Below, in pieces: positions 9,073-21,104 of a stretch of DNA of 64,000 nt. The stretch lies in the IMG/VR virus record IMGVR_UViG_3300037483_000793, positions 64,001 through 128,000 of that record; one strand, written 5' to 3'. Under the pieces are notes generated by a model. It was not told the origin of the DNA. It searched no databases and saw only the letters and a program-made list of their open reading frames with translations. This DNA is from a virus. The position numbers and the translations under genes are program-made. The stretch's first letter is position 1. The number at the start of each line of letters is the position of its first letter.

Positions 9073-9211
9073 AGCGCCGAGGACGGCACACGCCGCAGCA
9101 CGAACAAGCCGTGCAGGAGCAAGCGCAGGCCGAGCGCATTGTCGCGACGCTCGATCGCGTCGAGCACTTCTTGATGCTCAAGAAGAAGTTCGGACCGCGG
9201 AAGGTGACGTC

Positions 9212-9919
9212 GTGAACAAGATTTGGCGTTGTCCCAAGTGCGAGAGCGGCATCCGCGCGCCCGAGCGGTTGCGGCACATCGACGTGCGCCGCTACTGTTT
9301 CGAGTGCAGCACGAAGACCGGCCTGCTCGTCGAGCGCACGATCCCGAGCCGAGATGCCGAACGTGCACGCGCCAAACTCCTGCGCCGCGAGCACGAGGCC
9401 AAGGCGCGCGAGCGCGACGCAGCAAAGCGGACGGCGCACGTGCAGTCCGAGCGCGGGCAGCTCGAAGCGTTTGCGCGGGCCGCGCTCAAGCTCGACGCGT
9501 ACATCGGGCTCGGCTGGCAGATTCTCGACTTCAAGATCCGGCTCGCACGTACGACGCCGCTCAAGACCGAACCGCGCACGCGGATCATCGATGGGCAGGA
9601 AGTCCACGACACGATCACGTACGGCGGTTATCGACAGGAACAGTCGAGCGGTCACGCGTACGGTAACAACCGGTTCGTGATCACGGCGGGTTCGGATCCC
9701 GCAGACGCACGCGCAACGATCCTGCACGAGATCGCGCACTGCGCTGCGGGCTACAACGGCGGCGCCCACAACGACAAGTGGCGCTCGATCTTTACGAGCG
9801 CGACCGTCGAGCTGACTGGCGAGACGCCGCAAGCCACAGGCTCGTCGTATCACGATCTACACACTGCAATTGCTGGGTGCGTCCAGCGCTGGCTCGAACG
9901 AGGAGAAACGTTGCCATGA
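9212..9919 (+). CDS. N-terminal Zn ribbon plus SprT-like HExxH domain protein
   Basis: CPKC...CFEC; TILHEIAHCAAG...AHNDKWRSIF. Confidence 0.7.
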   Translation: MNKIWRCPKCESGIRAPERLRHIDVRRYCFECSTKTGLLVERTIPSRDAERARAKLLRREHEAKARERDAAKRTAHVQSERGQLEAFARAALKLDAYIGLGWQILDFKIRLARTTPLKTEPRTRIIDGQEVHDTITYGGYRQEQSSGHAYGNNRFVITAGSDPADARATILHEIAHCAAGYNGGAHNDKWRSIFTSATVELTGETPQATGSSYHDLHTAIAGCVQRWLERGETLP

Positions 9920-10742
9920 CCGAGATCGCCGACAATCAGAAGTACCGCGTGAACCTGATCTGCCAATGCCAAGACGATGCCGCGTTCGGATACGGCGCGA
10001 CACCGGACGTTGCACGACGGAACGCCGAAGGATTCTTCCGCGAGCATCACGGCGCGAAGGGTCAGTATCGGCAAATCGTTGTCGAGCACGCAGTCGCGCA
10101 CACGGACGGTTCGCACTACGAAGTGTTCGCTGCGGGTATGCGCTACGAGTTCACGCGCGGACTCGGTGCTGCGTTGTACCCGCTGGAACGCTTCGGCAAC
10201 GATCTCTTCAAGCGTGATCACGCGTCGCGCCCGTACGTCTTCGAAACGCACAGCTACCAGTGCGCGAAATCGTTGCGCGAAACGCTGCAGCACATTGCAG
10301 ACGACAAGCGCAAGAACCAGAAGATGCGCGACGCGGCAAAACGCGCACACGACGAGATCACGAAGATTTCGCGAGCTGTGTGGTGAGCACCGGCATGTGC
10401 CCTGCGCTGTTGCACGGCCTCGACTTCGACGGTCAGGCGTGTGACTTCTGCGCCGAGATGGTCAAGCAGGCAGGTCGACTGCAGTACCAGATGACGCAGT
10501 ACAAACCGTTCACCGAGCGGGCATACTGCGTCGCGTGCCCCGAGTGCAACGCACATCCACTGGAAGGTTGTTGTGCCTACGGTGGACGCTCGTGCAAGCT
10601 GCACAGCAAGCGTGAGGCGCGCGCGAACGGGCTCCGGGCGACCCCGCGGCGCGGTTTCTTTCAGCGACCGAAGACCCCGATCCAGTTCAACGAGGCCGAA
10701 CGTCAGGCCTTCCAGCTACTTGGCCTTCCGATCCCCAAATAG
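9916..10742 (+). other. Two hypothetical CDSs (9916-10386; 10383-10742 Cys-rich)
   Basis: Coupled overlaps. Confidence 0.55.
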
Positions 10743-10781
10743 CAACTCACTCTTGCTTTGTTTGAATAGGCTCGGTACAAC
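10743..10781 (+). promoter_or_regulatory. Class 1 promoter cassette copy
   Basis: CAACTCACTCTTGCTTTGTTTGAATAG, TTGCTT-N17-TACAAC. Confidence 0.7.
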
Positions 10782-10796
10782 CGACGTCAGGTCACC

Positions 10797-11741
10797 ATGA
10801 TGAACAACGCGAACAAGCCCGCCACGCCTCAGATCGAAGCGCTGCCCGGCATGACGCCGCTGGGTTTCACGCCGCCGCGCAAGGATGCGCGCCCCGACGA
10901 CATCGCGCTCGATGCTTCGAAGGCCAGCGACCGTGGCGATCACCGCGACGCCGAGCGGCTGTATCTGCTCGCTGCGGCGCGCGCCTCGACCTACACGAAG
11001 GCACCGACGATGCGCAAGAACATGCAGCACTGGGACAAGTGTGCGTCGCGCGAGCGGCGCTTGGCCGAGCTGACCAAGAAGTAGGCGTGTCGTGGCAAAG
11101 AGACCCGCTACCCATCTCCGCATCACGACTTCGTGGGGCAACCACAAGCGAATCTCGCTCTGGTGCGCAGAACGCACTGCAGTAACTGCCTCACGCAACT
11201 TCGACACGACGGAAGATCCCACGAAGGTCAACTGCCGCAAGTGCATCAAGGCGGGCGGCCGCGGCCCAGGATGGAAGTCGTCGTGAACATCAACCGCCTA
11301 CGCCCGACGGGCGTTGAGGATCTCGCCCTCTGGCTGTCGGGTGTCGTCAACGACGCGATCCGCGACGTACGCGAGGCCGGGCTCGACGAAACGTCCATCT
11401 ATCTCCTGCTGAAGAAGTACGCCGAGACCAACCACCCGTACGGGTATCGCAACAAGGATTTTCCAGTGGCACATACACAGCCCGCAACGCTGTTCGAGAT
11501 CCGGGCGCTCGACAACAAGTCCAAGGGCACGCTCTTGATCGCCGACTTCAACGAGACGCGCGGCAAGCCTGCCGAGTACATGGCGACGCTTGCGACCCCG
11601 CCGCTCGTGGCGACGGGTTTCGCGCCCCCGAACGAGTACCGCACGCAGAGCGCAGCCGTCCGGGCGGTCGCTGATCAGGTCAAGAGCATTCTCGACCAGC
11701 TGGGCGAAATTGCCCGCACCCTCGAAGCGAACGGCAAGTAG
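10797..11741 (+). other. Three hypothetical CDSs (10797-11084, 11092-11286, 11283-11741)
   Basis: Operon downstream of promoter cassette. Confidence 0.55.
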
Positions 11742-11747
11742 ACGCTT

Positions 11748-11779
11748 TCCCGGCCCGATCGCTGCCGGGATCACTTTTT
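11748..11779 (+). terminator. Possible rho-independent terminator
   Basis: TCCCGGC/GCCGGGA stem followed by TCACTTTTT. Confidence 0.45.
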
Positions 11780-11780
11780 C

Positions 11781-11807
11781 CAACTTACTCTCGACTTGTT
11801 TGAATAG
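11781..11807 (+). promoter_or_regulatory. Class 1 promoter cassette copy
   Basis: CAACTTACTCTCGACTTGTTTGAATAG. Confidence 0.65.
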
Positions 11808-11871
11808 CTCCGGGGCCCGCCCGTCTCACCTACGAACCCGAGACGCTAACCCCGACGAAAGGCCCGCGACC

Positions 11872-13317
11872 ATGTCCAAGCTCGAACTCTCGATCAACGT
11901 GCAGTACCTGCCCTCCTGGGGCGCCTGGGAAGGCATCCGTGAGCTGATCCAGAACGGCAAGGACGCCGAGACCGAGTTTTCGGCTCCGCTCAAGGTCGAC
12001 TGGCGCGGCGGTCAGGCTATGGCGTGTTCGAGCTGCAAGCGCGTCTCGGCGAGCGCTGCTGCAAATTCGCTTTGTGACGTACCGCAGCCTGATGGGGATA
12101 ACTGCACTGGACATTTCCGTGCGAGCGGCACGCTGCGCATCGAGAACGAGGGTGCGGAGCTGACGCGCGAGGCGCTTCTGTTCGGCACGTCCAGCAAGGC
12201 CGACCGCAGCGACATGATCGGCAAGTTCGGCGAAGGCTTGAAGCTCGGGATCCTGGCGCTCGTGCGCGCCGGTCACCCGGTCAAGATCCGGACGGGCGCT
12301 GAAGTCTGGACGGCCGGTATCGCGCGCAGCGAGCGCTACGACGCGGACGTGCTGTGCTTCGACTGCGTCGGTGGCCGCGAGGCCAAGAAGCGCGTGCGCG
12401 TCGAGATCGAGAACGTGACCGCATTGGAGTGGGAACGGCTCAAGGAGCGGTTCCTGTTCCTGGTCAAGCGTACGGTCAAGGACGCCGAGTCGATGGTTGC
12501 GACGTCGCGCGGCGACCTTTTGCTCGGCGAGAAGTACGTCGGTCAGATCTTCGTCAAGGGCATCTACGTCTCGATGGACGCACGTCTGTCGGCGGGCTAC
12601 AACTTCCGCAACGTAGACCTCGATCGCGACCGCAAGATGGTCTCGTCGTGGGACCTGCAGTGGACCTGCAGCCAGATCTGGACCGAAGCAGCAGCGAGTC
12701 GCCCGGACCTGCTCGGTCAGCTGTTCAGTCACGCACTCGACGGCAAGGCTGACGTCGCAGGCTTGGAGCACAACGCGTCGTACGCACCCGACGCGGTCAA
12801 GGAGTGCATGGCGGCGACGTTCGCGGCGAAGTTCGGCGAGCGCGCGGTGCCGGTCGCGAACCTCGCTGAATCGGCCGAAGTCGAGCACCTGGGACGGCGC
12901 GGTGTCGTTGTCTCCAAGTCGCTCGGCGCGTTGCTCGCGACCACGCTCGGCACCAAGGAACAGATGCACGCCAAGCTCAAGAGCGAAGTCGTGCGCACGC
13001 TGTCGTGGGGCGACATGACCGACACGCAGAAGGCCGACCTGCTCGATGCAGTCAAGCTCGTCGCTGCGGTGCGCTCCGAGTGCACGCTCGATCTGATCGA
13101 CGTCGTCGAGTTCAACTCGGTGGGAACGCTCGGCCAGTTCAAGGACGGTCGCATCCTGCTCGCAGCGCGCATGCTCGACGACCGCGACGAGCTGCTCGCG
13201 ACGATCGTGCACGAGTTTTCGCATCGCTGTGGCGGCGACGGCGAGAAAGATCACGTGATGGCGATCGAGGACATGTGGCGCGACATCGTGAAGCACCTCC
13301 GCAACGGCGGCGTGTGA
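11872..13317 (+). CDS. GHKL (Hsp90/MORC-like) ATPase with C-terminal HExxH motif
   Basis: RELIQNGKDA (ExxxN), IENEG, IGKFGEGLKLG; C-terminal IVHEFSH. Confidence 0.85.
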   Translation: MSKLELSINVQYLPSWGAWEGIRELIQNGKDAETEFSAPLKVDWRGGQAMACSSCKRVSASAAANSLCDVPQPDGDNCTGHFRASGTLRIENEGAELTREALLFGTSSKADRSDMIGKFGEGLKLGILALVRAGHPVKIRTGAEVWTAGIARSERYDADVLCFDCVGGREAKKRVRVEIENVTALEWERLKERFLFLVKRTVKDAESMVATSRGDLLLGEKYVGQIFVKGIYVSMDARLSAGYNFRNVDLDRDRKMVSSWDLQWTCSQIWTEAAASRPDLLGQLFSHALDGKADVAGLEHNASYAPDAVKECMAATFAAKFGERAVPVANLAESAEVEHLGRRGVVVSKSLGALLATTLGTKEQMHAKLKSEVVRTLSWGDMTDTQKADLLDAVKLVAAVRSECTLDLIDVVEFNSVGTLGQFKDGRILLAARMLDDRDELLATIVHEFSHRCGGDGEKDHVMAIEDMWRDIVKHLRNGGV

Positions 13318-16300
13318 TGGACAAGGTCATCACAGACCGCGAGATCCAGATCGCGCGTCAACGTGCCCGCGAGGGTGGGCGTACGGTCTCCGGCGACGGT
13401 GGTGACGTTGCGCTCGTCGAGATGTTGCAGCAGTTGCTCGACTACCGGCGCATCTCGCGTGAGGTCGTCACCAAGCACGATTACCGCGCACACCACAACA
13501 AGTCGATGTCGTACCTCGATTCGCTTGTCGGGCAGAGCGGCTGCCAGTGGTTTCAGTGTACGGCAGAAGCGAAGACGCACCGAATGCGCAACGAGGCACA
13601 CAGCCGCGGTGAGGCTTCTTGTGTGTGCTGCAAGCATGCAGACGAAGGCGAAGAGAAGGGTCTTTGGGACATGCAGCACCCGATGAGTATCGAGTGGAAG
13701 CAGTCGGACATGTCCATGCGCGAGTGGGCACGCAAGCGCGACGAAGAACGCGCACGCGAGGAGGTAAGCCATGGCGCGTAGCGCCCGCAAGACGACGGTG
13801 GCCGACCTCGACAAGCAGCTGGCGAAGCTGCTGGAAGAGAAGCGTCACCAGTTGCGTGACGCTGTGCTCGAAGCGATCGAGGATGGTGTCGAGCAGCTGG
13901 ACGTGGAGCAGGCCCGCACGTGGCTCGCCGACCTGCGCGAGGATTTCGACCTCAAGCTCGCAGCGCTCGACGAACAGATTCAGTGGGCAAAGGAGCACGG
14001 ACAATGAAAAAGTTTGAGCTAGGTCCCAAGGACAAGCACCCCGCGCCACACGGCTTCGGCAGCGACTTTCGGCATACCGAGCCGCAGCGCCGCGTGCCGT
14101 GCATCGTCGGCGACATGCTCGCGCCAGCGAGCGCGGACGACATCCCGCCGATCCCAGAGTCGGCAGCCTACAGCGTGCGCAAAGCGTTCGAGCTGCTCGC
14201 GCAGCTCGTCGGTGACCGCGACCACAACCTGTTCCTTGGCAATGCAGATCACGACGGCAAGGCTACGCGCGAAGCCGAGGCGATCTCGCGGGCGTGTGAC
14301 GGCGTGCTGGCGATCTTGCGCGTCGGGGTGACACCGGAGTTTCTGTACTTCGATCTGATCAACGCGTTGAACATGCTGTCTGCTGATCACAGTCTCCGCG
14401 TCGCTGAGGCCGGTGACGCAGCGCCAGACGTCTGCGGCGGCCCGGTCGCGGACGTCGTGTTTGCGTATCGTCGGTTCAAGGAGAAGCTGTGAGCGTCCAA
14501 AAAAAGAAGCGCAAGTGCTCGCTGTGTCCGTCGACAACGCACCGCGCCGACTTCCACGGCTCGAAGCGTGATCGCGAACTGGCGAAGTACAAGATGCCCG
14601 AGCTGCCGAACGACATCGCGATGCGGACGATGATCGATCCGTTCTACGCGGTTTGGCTCGTCACCGAGGGCAACGTCGGCGAAGCGCTGGCGAATGCGAC
14701 ACGCAAGACCCACGAGGCACGCAAGATCGGCTTCAACGTCAGCGATACGTTGCTGCAGGCACTTGCTGAGCTGGAGTTGCGTGCACGCGACCTTGATCCC
14801 CAACTGCTCAAGCAGGCTCGCGAACTGCGTCACCTGATGGACCTTGCGGTGGTCAAGTACCGGACGGTCGAGATCCAGATCACCGACCTGCTCGGCTATC
14901 CGAGGAAGAGCTAGCCATGGCGAAGTCACAAACGATCATGTTCGCGTTCGTGATCGATTCAGCGCACGTCGACAAACGTGACGCGTTGGTGCGCAAGATC
15001 GACGCTACGCTGATGCTGCAACAGTTCCGCGTCCTAGGCGGCGAATACATCGTCACGATCAAACGCAAGCCGCGTTTGAAGGTGAAGGGAGCGCGGTAGT
15101 CATGGCGACCACGACCGCGTCTGACATCTTGGAAATGATCGAACGGTTGCGTCACGATGAAAGTCTCAGCGCACGCGAGGCGCTCAGTGCTTTGTCGACG
15201 GACCTGCAGAAGCGCTTCGACGACGGTTACCTCGGTGTGCAGTACCGTACCGATTACGTCGTCGAAGGCGAAGAGGACTTTCCGTTCGACATGCTGCGCT
15301 ACACGCAGTCGTGGCCGACAAAGGAAGAGGAAATTCGATTCGTCGAACGTCCGCTCGACGGCTACCCAAAGCGTCGCGTGACGCTGTCGAAGTTTCACCG
15401 CGACCCCAAGCCGAACCTCGCCGAGGATCGTTGGGAACGCAAGTTCGGGTGGAAGGTCGTTGAGATTCTCGACACGGTAGCGGACTAGCTATGGCTGAGA
15501 AACCCCAAGATGTGAAGGTCGTCGAAGACAGCGGCTGGACGCACAACGCGCACACGTCGATCCCGCGCCGCGGCATCAACGACTATGAACGCACGATGAC
15601 GTTCGCCGCCAAACTTACTGACGATCAGCTGAAGGCCTGGTGCCGTTGGTTGGAGAGCGACAATTGCCCCGGCTGGACCGGCGTACGCGGCTACGTGCAA
15701 ATGAACAACGCGTACAAGTTCACCACCACCTACGATTCGAGCGATTGATCATGCACCTCACAGTCACAACGCCCTCGGGTATCAGTCTGGCCATCGACGC
15801 GTGGCCGACGGGGAACATCGATCTCTGCGCCGACGGTTTTACCGTTGCAGCAGTCGAAGTCAGTTTCTTCGCCGCGTGTGTGCGCCTCCAGGGCGACGGG
15901 CTGCACGAGATCAAAGGCCCGAGCTTGTTCTCGCCGCGCGCCGAGAAGGCGCTGTGGGTCAAGCCTGAGGATCTGTCGGCCGATGGCGTACCGTTCAAGC
16001 ACGAGGAGCTGATCGCTGAGGCTGCTCGTGTGCGTGAGCTGGTACGTGAACGTGCGCAGCATGGCTGGTTGGGACCGAACTGGCCATGATGCCCGCGATC
16101 GAGATCAAGATCGTCAAGCCGCGCCCGGTAGCTGCCGCCAAAGGCCAAGTCGACTACGAGGAACGCGACTTCCGCGAGTGGGCCGTGTACGCGATTCGAC
16201 ACCAGGGATGGCGGCAGCACTGTGAGGTCGGCGAGACACGCTTCGGCCCGAATGTCGAATCGGTCGTGATTATCGCAGCACCCGATGGTCGTGTCGCGGT

Positions 16301-17848
16301 CTGGTACGGCCGCACGACACTCCTGCGCCACACCGAAAATCGTCCGCGCCGCGGACGCAAGGACGACACCGCCAATCCGCTCGACGGTGCCATCGCAGCG
16401 TTGCAGCCGTACGGTGACGTCGGGCGGGCCGCTGCCGCGTACTGGGACAAGAAGCGCACGCGAGGTGGCGACCGAGACGTAAGCCAACTTGCGGCCGCGG
16501 CGTGCCGCGTTCTGCACGCAGACGCGTACGGCTACTCGTCGTCGCTCCGCGACCGGCTGTTGGCTGAATTCACGCTGCTCGAAGGCGATCGACCGCCGAC
16601 ACCGCACCTACTGCGCGCGACCGACAATGAACTGCTGGCTGCGAGCGCGCTGCTTGCGGCACGTGAGAACAACGGAGCGCGATCGCTGCTCGCGCGGAAG
16701 GGTGCTGTCGGGGCATGATCACGAACGAACGAAAACTGGAATTGCGGAAAGCCGCTGCCGCACTGGCACGTGTCGCTGTCGAACGTGCAGCCGTTGTTAC
16801 GGTGCGCCCGGCAGCAGCTGCAACGCCCGAAGAGGATCGCTACGCACGCAAGTACCTGGCGTGCCTGGCCAAGAAGATCACCTACAGCGTGTTCATCGAC
16901 GAGGCCGACCTGTGAAACACCACGAGCGCACGAACATGACGCCGCTGGAGCTAGCAGTTTGGGCAGCAGCGTACGTCAACGGCGGCCCAACAATAGAACG
17001 CCAAAGCTATCCCGTCGAGCACGCAGACCAAACTGTCATGAAGCTGCGTGAGCGCCTCGAAGCGAAGCGGCAACAGGAGTTGCTGGACGCGGCGAAGGCA
17101 GCACACCGGCTTCAGATCGTGACGTCGAAGCGTTCCGGGGTCGGTGTACCGGGAACGATGCGCTGCTCGTGTGGCTACGAACCACCCATCACGGACGCGA
17201 CCGACGGCGAGGAGCTGATGGTGCTGCACATGGCGCACGTGCGGGCCGTCGCGCCGACGGAGCACTAACGTGACATCGCACCGCGTTCGACTAGATCGTC
17301 TTGGACTGGAAGTCGGTGATCACACGAGCGGCAGCACGATGCTCATCGCCAAGCACGACAACCGCGAGCTGAACTGGGGAAACGCAAGTCACCGCGGCGG
17401 GACATCCCAGATCGTCGTGCTCAAGTTCGGTGAGCTGGTTGAAATCACCGTCGACGAGGACATCGCGCATAGACCGCTGATGCAAGCACTTCACGACAAG
17501 TTCTACGGACGGCAACGCGACAAGAAGAAAGACGACGCGGTTGTCGAGCGTGTCGCAGACGCGCGGAAACGTCGTGAAGCGGCCGAGGCGGCGCTGCTCG
17601 CGAAGGACTACAAGCTCGGGGCCGAAATCGATTACACGCTCCTGTTCGATACGATCGCGGATGCGATCATCGAGCATTACGCCAAGTACATGGGCAGCGG
17701 CGGTCTTTTGGCGTTGCTCGGCAGCATTCAAAAGACCGTCGATAACGAAACCAAGTACGCATTCGATCGCGGACGTGAAGACGCGAAGGGCGAGCTACGC
17801 GGCTGGCTAGGCGCGGGATCGGGTTGTCGGTTTTTTCGTAACCCTTGA
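13317..17848 (+). other. Run of about 12 coupled hypothetical CDSs (13317-13781, 13771-14007, 14004-14492, 14489-14914, 14917-15099, 15102-15488, 15491-15748, 15751-16089, 16086-16718, 16715-16915, 16912-17268, 17270-17848)
   Basis: Contiguous same-strand ORFs with 1-11 nt overlaps or tiny gaps; 15102-15488 has an FPFDMLRY phage-like motif. Confidence 0.6.
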
Positions 17849-17874
17849 CAACTTACTCTTGCTTTGAATAGTCT
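17845..17874 (+). promoter_or_regulatory. Class 1 promoter cassette copy
   Basis: TTGACA then ACTTACTCTTGCTTTGAATAG; TAGTCT 18 nt after TTGACA. Confidence 0.65.
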
Positions 17875-17880
17875 GGGTCT

Positions 17881-18709
17881 GTGAGACGTCAAGGGTTCAA
17901 CATGTTGGTGGAAATCATCGAGAGCATTCTGCAAGGCGCGCTGGATCATCAGCCGATGAAGGCGTCGGACCCGCCGGAGATTCAAGCACGGAAGTGGGCA
18001 GCGCAGGAGCGTGCGTACGTCGATGACCTGGGCGGTGCGACGTTCAGCTACCGCGCTGTGCCGGTCGATCCGAAGGACTGGCCGTGAAGGTTCGACTCGA
18101 AAGTGGTGAGCGGCTCGTCGTCGAAGTGCCGGTCCGGTTAGCTACTTGTGCAGCTGTATCCATCCAAGCTGAGTCGCTCCCACCCGGCTTCGCTTCGCAG
18201 CTTACTACGCATTTCTCGCAGCACCTCGTCGACGTCACGATCGAGGACGGTTTGATCGACACAGTCAACGAGCGCGTCATTCGCCGTCACGCGGAAGCGC
18301 TGCGCACCGAGGATCGCCTTGTGCTGTGGGGGCACATTATCTCGCAGCACGCGTCGTGTGTTGGGCTCGACATGACGCTCGAAGAGCTGATCAAGCTACA
18401 CGAACACGAGCACGATGGCCCGGGGACGATCCGGAATCATCCACGTACGTCGCGCGAGTACAGCCTCCACAAGATCGGTCAAGTCCTGATCGAGTCGGAT
18501 CGCTGATGTCCCGGCCGATCCGCGTTCAGCTCGACCTCGACACGTTGCCGACGATAATTCGCGAGTCCGTGCAGCAGTGCTTTGCTGTGCACCGTGTGCA
18601 GCTCGCAATCGACGGCCGCGTACTCTCGCCCGAAGAGACTGCGCGCTACATGCGCGAGATGGGTAACAACACCGCTGGAGTGATCGCGCTCCAAGAAGTC
18701 ACGTCATGA
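17881..18709 (+). other. Three hypothetical CDSs (17881-18087, 18084-18506, 18506-18709)
   Basis: Coupled ORFs. Confidence 0.55.
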
Positions 18710-19428
18710 GCAACCTGAAGAACCCACCCAAGCCCGAGCAGCACGAACACCCGTCGTACGGGATGCTGACGATTGGTCGCAGCATGAGCACGCACGCGAA
18801 GCGACTGTTCGGCAGCTCGCTGAAGTCACACCACGGAACCATCACCTTGACGGTGAATCCGGGTTACATGAAGCACGAGCTGAACCACGATTGGTACCAC
18901 TCGACGGCGGCAACAATCTTCGAGATCGAGTTGTCAGCAGCACAGTTCGCCGAAGCGATCACATCGATCAACTCCGGTCATACGCCGTGCACCATCCGAT
19001 TCAACAACGGCTGGATCGAAGATCCGCCCAACATCGAAACCGAAGTCGAGCGCGTCAAGAACCGCTTCGGGGCTGACCTCAAAGACATGATCAAGGTCAT
19101 GAAGGAACGCCGCGCCGAGATTGAGAAGCTGACCGCTAAGCTGTCCGACAAGGCCAAGCAGCAGCTCAAGATCGAGCTGGACGTGATGATCCAACAGATG
19201 ACGTCGAACGCACCGTACGTGCTGGAGCAGTTCGATGCGGCAACGGAAAAGGTCGTTACGTCGGCGAAGACCGAGATCGAGAGCTTCGCGATGCACGTGC
19301 TGCACGCTGCCGGTCTCGAAGCAATCGCCGACGGCAGGTTGCCCAAGATGCTCGCCGCGAGCGCCGAGCCCCGCGTCGCCACCGACGATCAGAACGTCAT
19401 CGACCAGCGAGATAAGGAGAAATCGTGA
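18706..19428 (+). CDS. Conserved phage protein (HPSYG...LFGS...QFAExITS.N.G.TPCTI) with coiled-coil C-half
   Basis: Motif pattern recalled from large phages. Confidence 0.65.
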   Translation: MSNLKNPPKPEQHEHPSYGMLTIGRSMSTHAKRLFGSSLKSHHGTITLTVNPGYMKHELNHDWYHSTAATIFEIELSAAQFAEAITSINSGHTPCTIRFNNGWIEDPPNIETEVERVKNRFGADLKDMIKVMKERRAEIEKLTAKLSDKAKQQLKIELDVMIQQMTSNAPYVLEQFDAATEKVVTSAKTEIESFAMHVLHAAGLEAIADGRLPKMLAASAEPRVATDDQNVIDQRDKEKS

Positions 19429-19702
19429 GCCGTACCAAGAAAAGTGTAAAACAGAAGACCGCACCGGCACCGGACGCCGTCACGAAGGACAAGTAATGCC
19501 ACAAGACAGCACAGGCAAATCCATCAAGGTCGGCGACCGTGTGATGTGGCGCGGGCAGCGCTATACCATCAAAGCATTCGGTGAGCGTGTCGGACGTTTC
19601 GACACGTACTGCATCGAGTTCGAAGAACCGTTGCACTGTCAGGAAGTGCCTGACGAGGTCGCGGTGGATCTTATCGTGGACCTCGTCGGCGGTCGGTGAA
19701 AC

Positions 19703-20215
19703 ATGGCAACGAACGTCGAACCGCAGATCGTCGAGGTCAAGAGTGCGTGCCCCAAGCCGTGCAGCTCGTGCCCGTGGCGCCTCGCGAACCAGGGCAGCAA
19801 GCCCGACCCGCACAAGTTCTACACCAAGGCGAATCTCGCGCGCCTCTGGCGCGGCTTGCGTTCTGGCGCACGTATGTCGTGCCACCCGACGGACCCGCGC
19901 ATGGCCGAGTTCGCAGGCTACGAGGCACTCGCTGATCGCGAGGTCACGCACGAGTGCGCAGGTGCGCTCGTGATCACGCAACGCGAGATGATGCGGTTCC
20001 AGGGCCTCACCGAAGCGAATCCCGGCGGTGCCGCGCTCAAGAACTACAAGCGGCAGCATCCCAAGGGTCTGACACGTGATGGGCTCGTGTCGCTCGTAGA
20101 ACGTTCGGTGTTCGGCGGCACGGGCCTGGATCGCGTCAAGATGGCGCTGCCCGACCTGAACGACACCGAGATCGGCTACGACGTGCTCGGTGCGTGGATC
20201 GTGAAGCAACCGTGA
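19703..20215 (+). CDS. DUF6283-like Cys/His metal-binding protein
   Basis: PCSSCPWR...MSCH...CAGA. Confidence 0.55.
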   Translation: MATNVEPQIVEVKSACPKPCSSCPWRLANQGSKPDPHKFYTKANLARLWRGLRSGARMSCHPTDPRMAEFAGYEALADREVTHECAGALVITQREMMRFQGLTEANPGGAALKNYKRQHPKGLTRDGLVSLVERSVFGGTGLDRVKMALPDLNDTEIGYDVLGAWIVKQP

Positions 20216-21104
20216 ACCTCGTGCACGAAAGCTGGTGCAACGTCAATGCATCCGATGACGCACGCGGTTCGATGTCCGTCGATCGGACAACGTGCGACTG
20301 CGGCGCCGAGCGTCGTCACGACGGTCTCTGGCAGCCACATCGCGATGCTGCGACGGAGGTTGGCGCAGGCTTCAAGAAGTTCCTCGAACGGCTGAAGCTC
20401 GACACGTTCACCGACTCGGTGCACCACACATTCTTCATTCGGGGGCAGGATGGTTGGGCGTTCGGTGCAGCGGTGCGGTTCCAGTCCATCGCGCACAGCC
20501 TTGCGAACGGCAACGAACAGTACTACTGGTCGGGGTATCACCTGCTCGCGCTGATCATCGAACGTGCTCGCAAGGATCTCGTGCTCCTTGAAGCGATCGA
20601 AGCCTTGGCGATCGCGCACGTTCACGGCAATCTGTCCGAGAGCAATGCAGGCACGCAGCTGAAGCAGATGGGAGTGTGGCCGTGAGTGACGAGAAGAACC
20701 CGAAGATCATCGGAGCCGAGATCGAACTGACCGCGTGCGATCGCGGTGGGATGCACGTAACCAACATCCGTCCGATCACGGATGCGGCACTCATCTACGA
20801 CGCACCGGACGCTGACCGCGTTTTGGCCTCGTCCAAGACGTTCGGTTGGACCAGCGCACGCACTTGGAACAAGAACTGGGACACGACGTTCGGTGACACA
20901 CCAGAGCCCGAGCTGAACTAGATGCCGAAGAAACGCCTCAGCGACAAGGTGCGGCAGCAACTCACGCGCGAGCTGTTGGCCGTCAAGGAACGGCTGCGCA
21001 AGCACGCTAGGCAAGTCACGTACGAACGTTACGCACGCTCGCTGAGCGAACACATTGCAGACATCAAACGGCGCGACGAAATCGAAAAGCTACTGACCCA
21101 ATGA
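20212..21104 (+). other. Hypothetical CDSs (20212-20685, 20682-20921, 20922-21104)
   Basis: Coupled ORFs. Confidence 0.55.

Noticed and set aside
11830-13296. Long antisense ORFs (e.g. 11830-13296 -, 21944-23158 -, 50487-51917 +)
   Set aside because: Shadows of real genes in GC-rich DNA; no motifs, RBS or coupling
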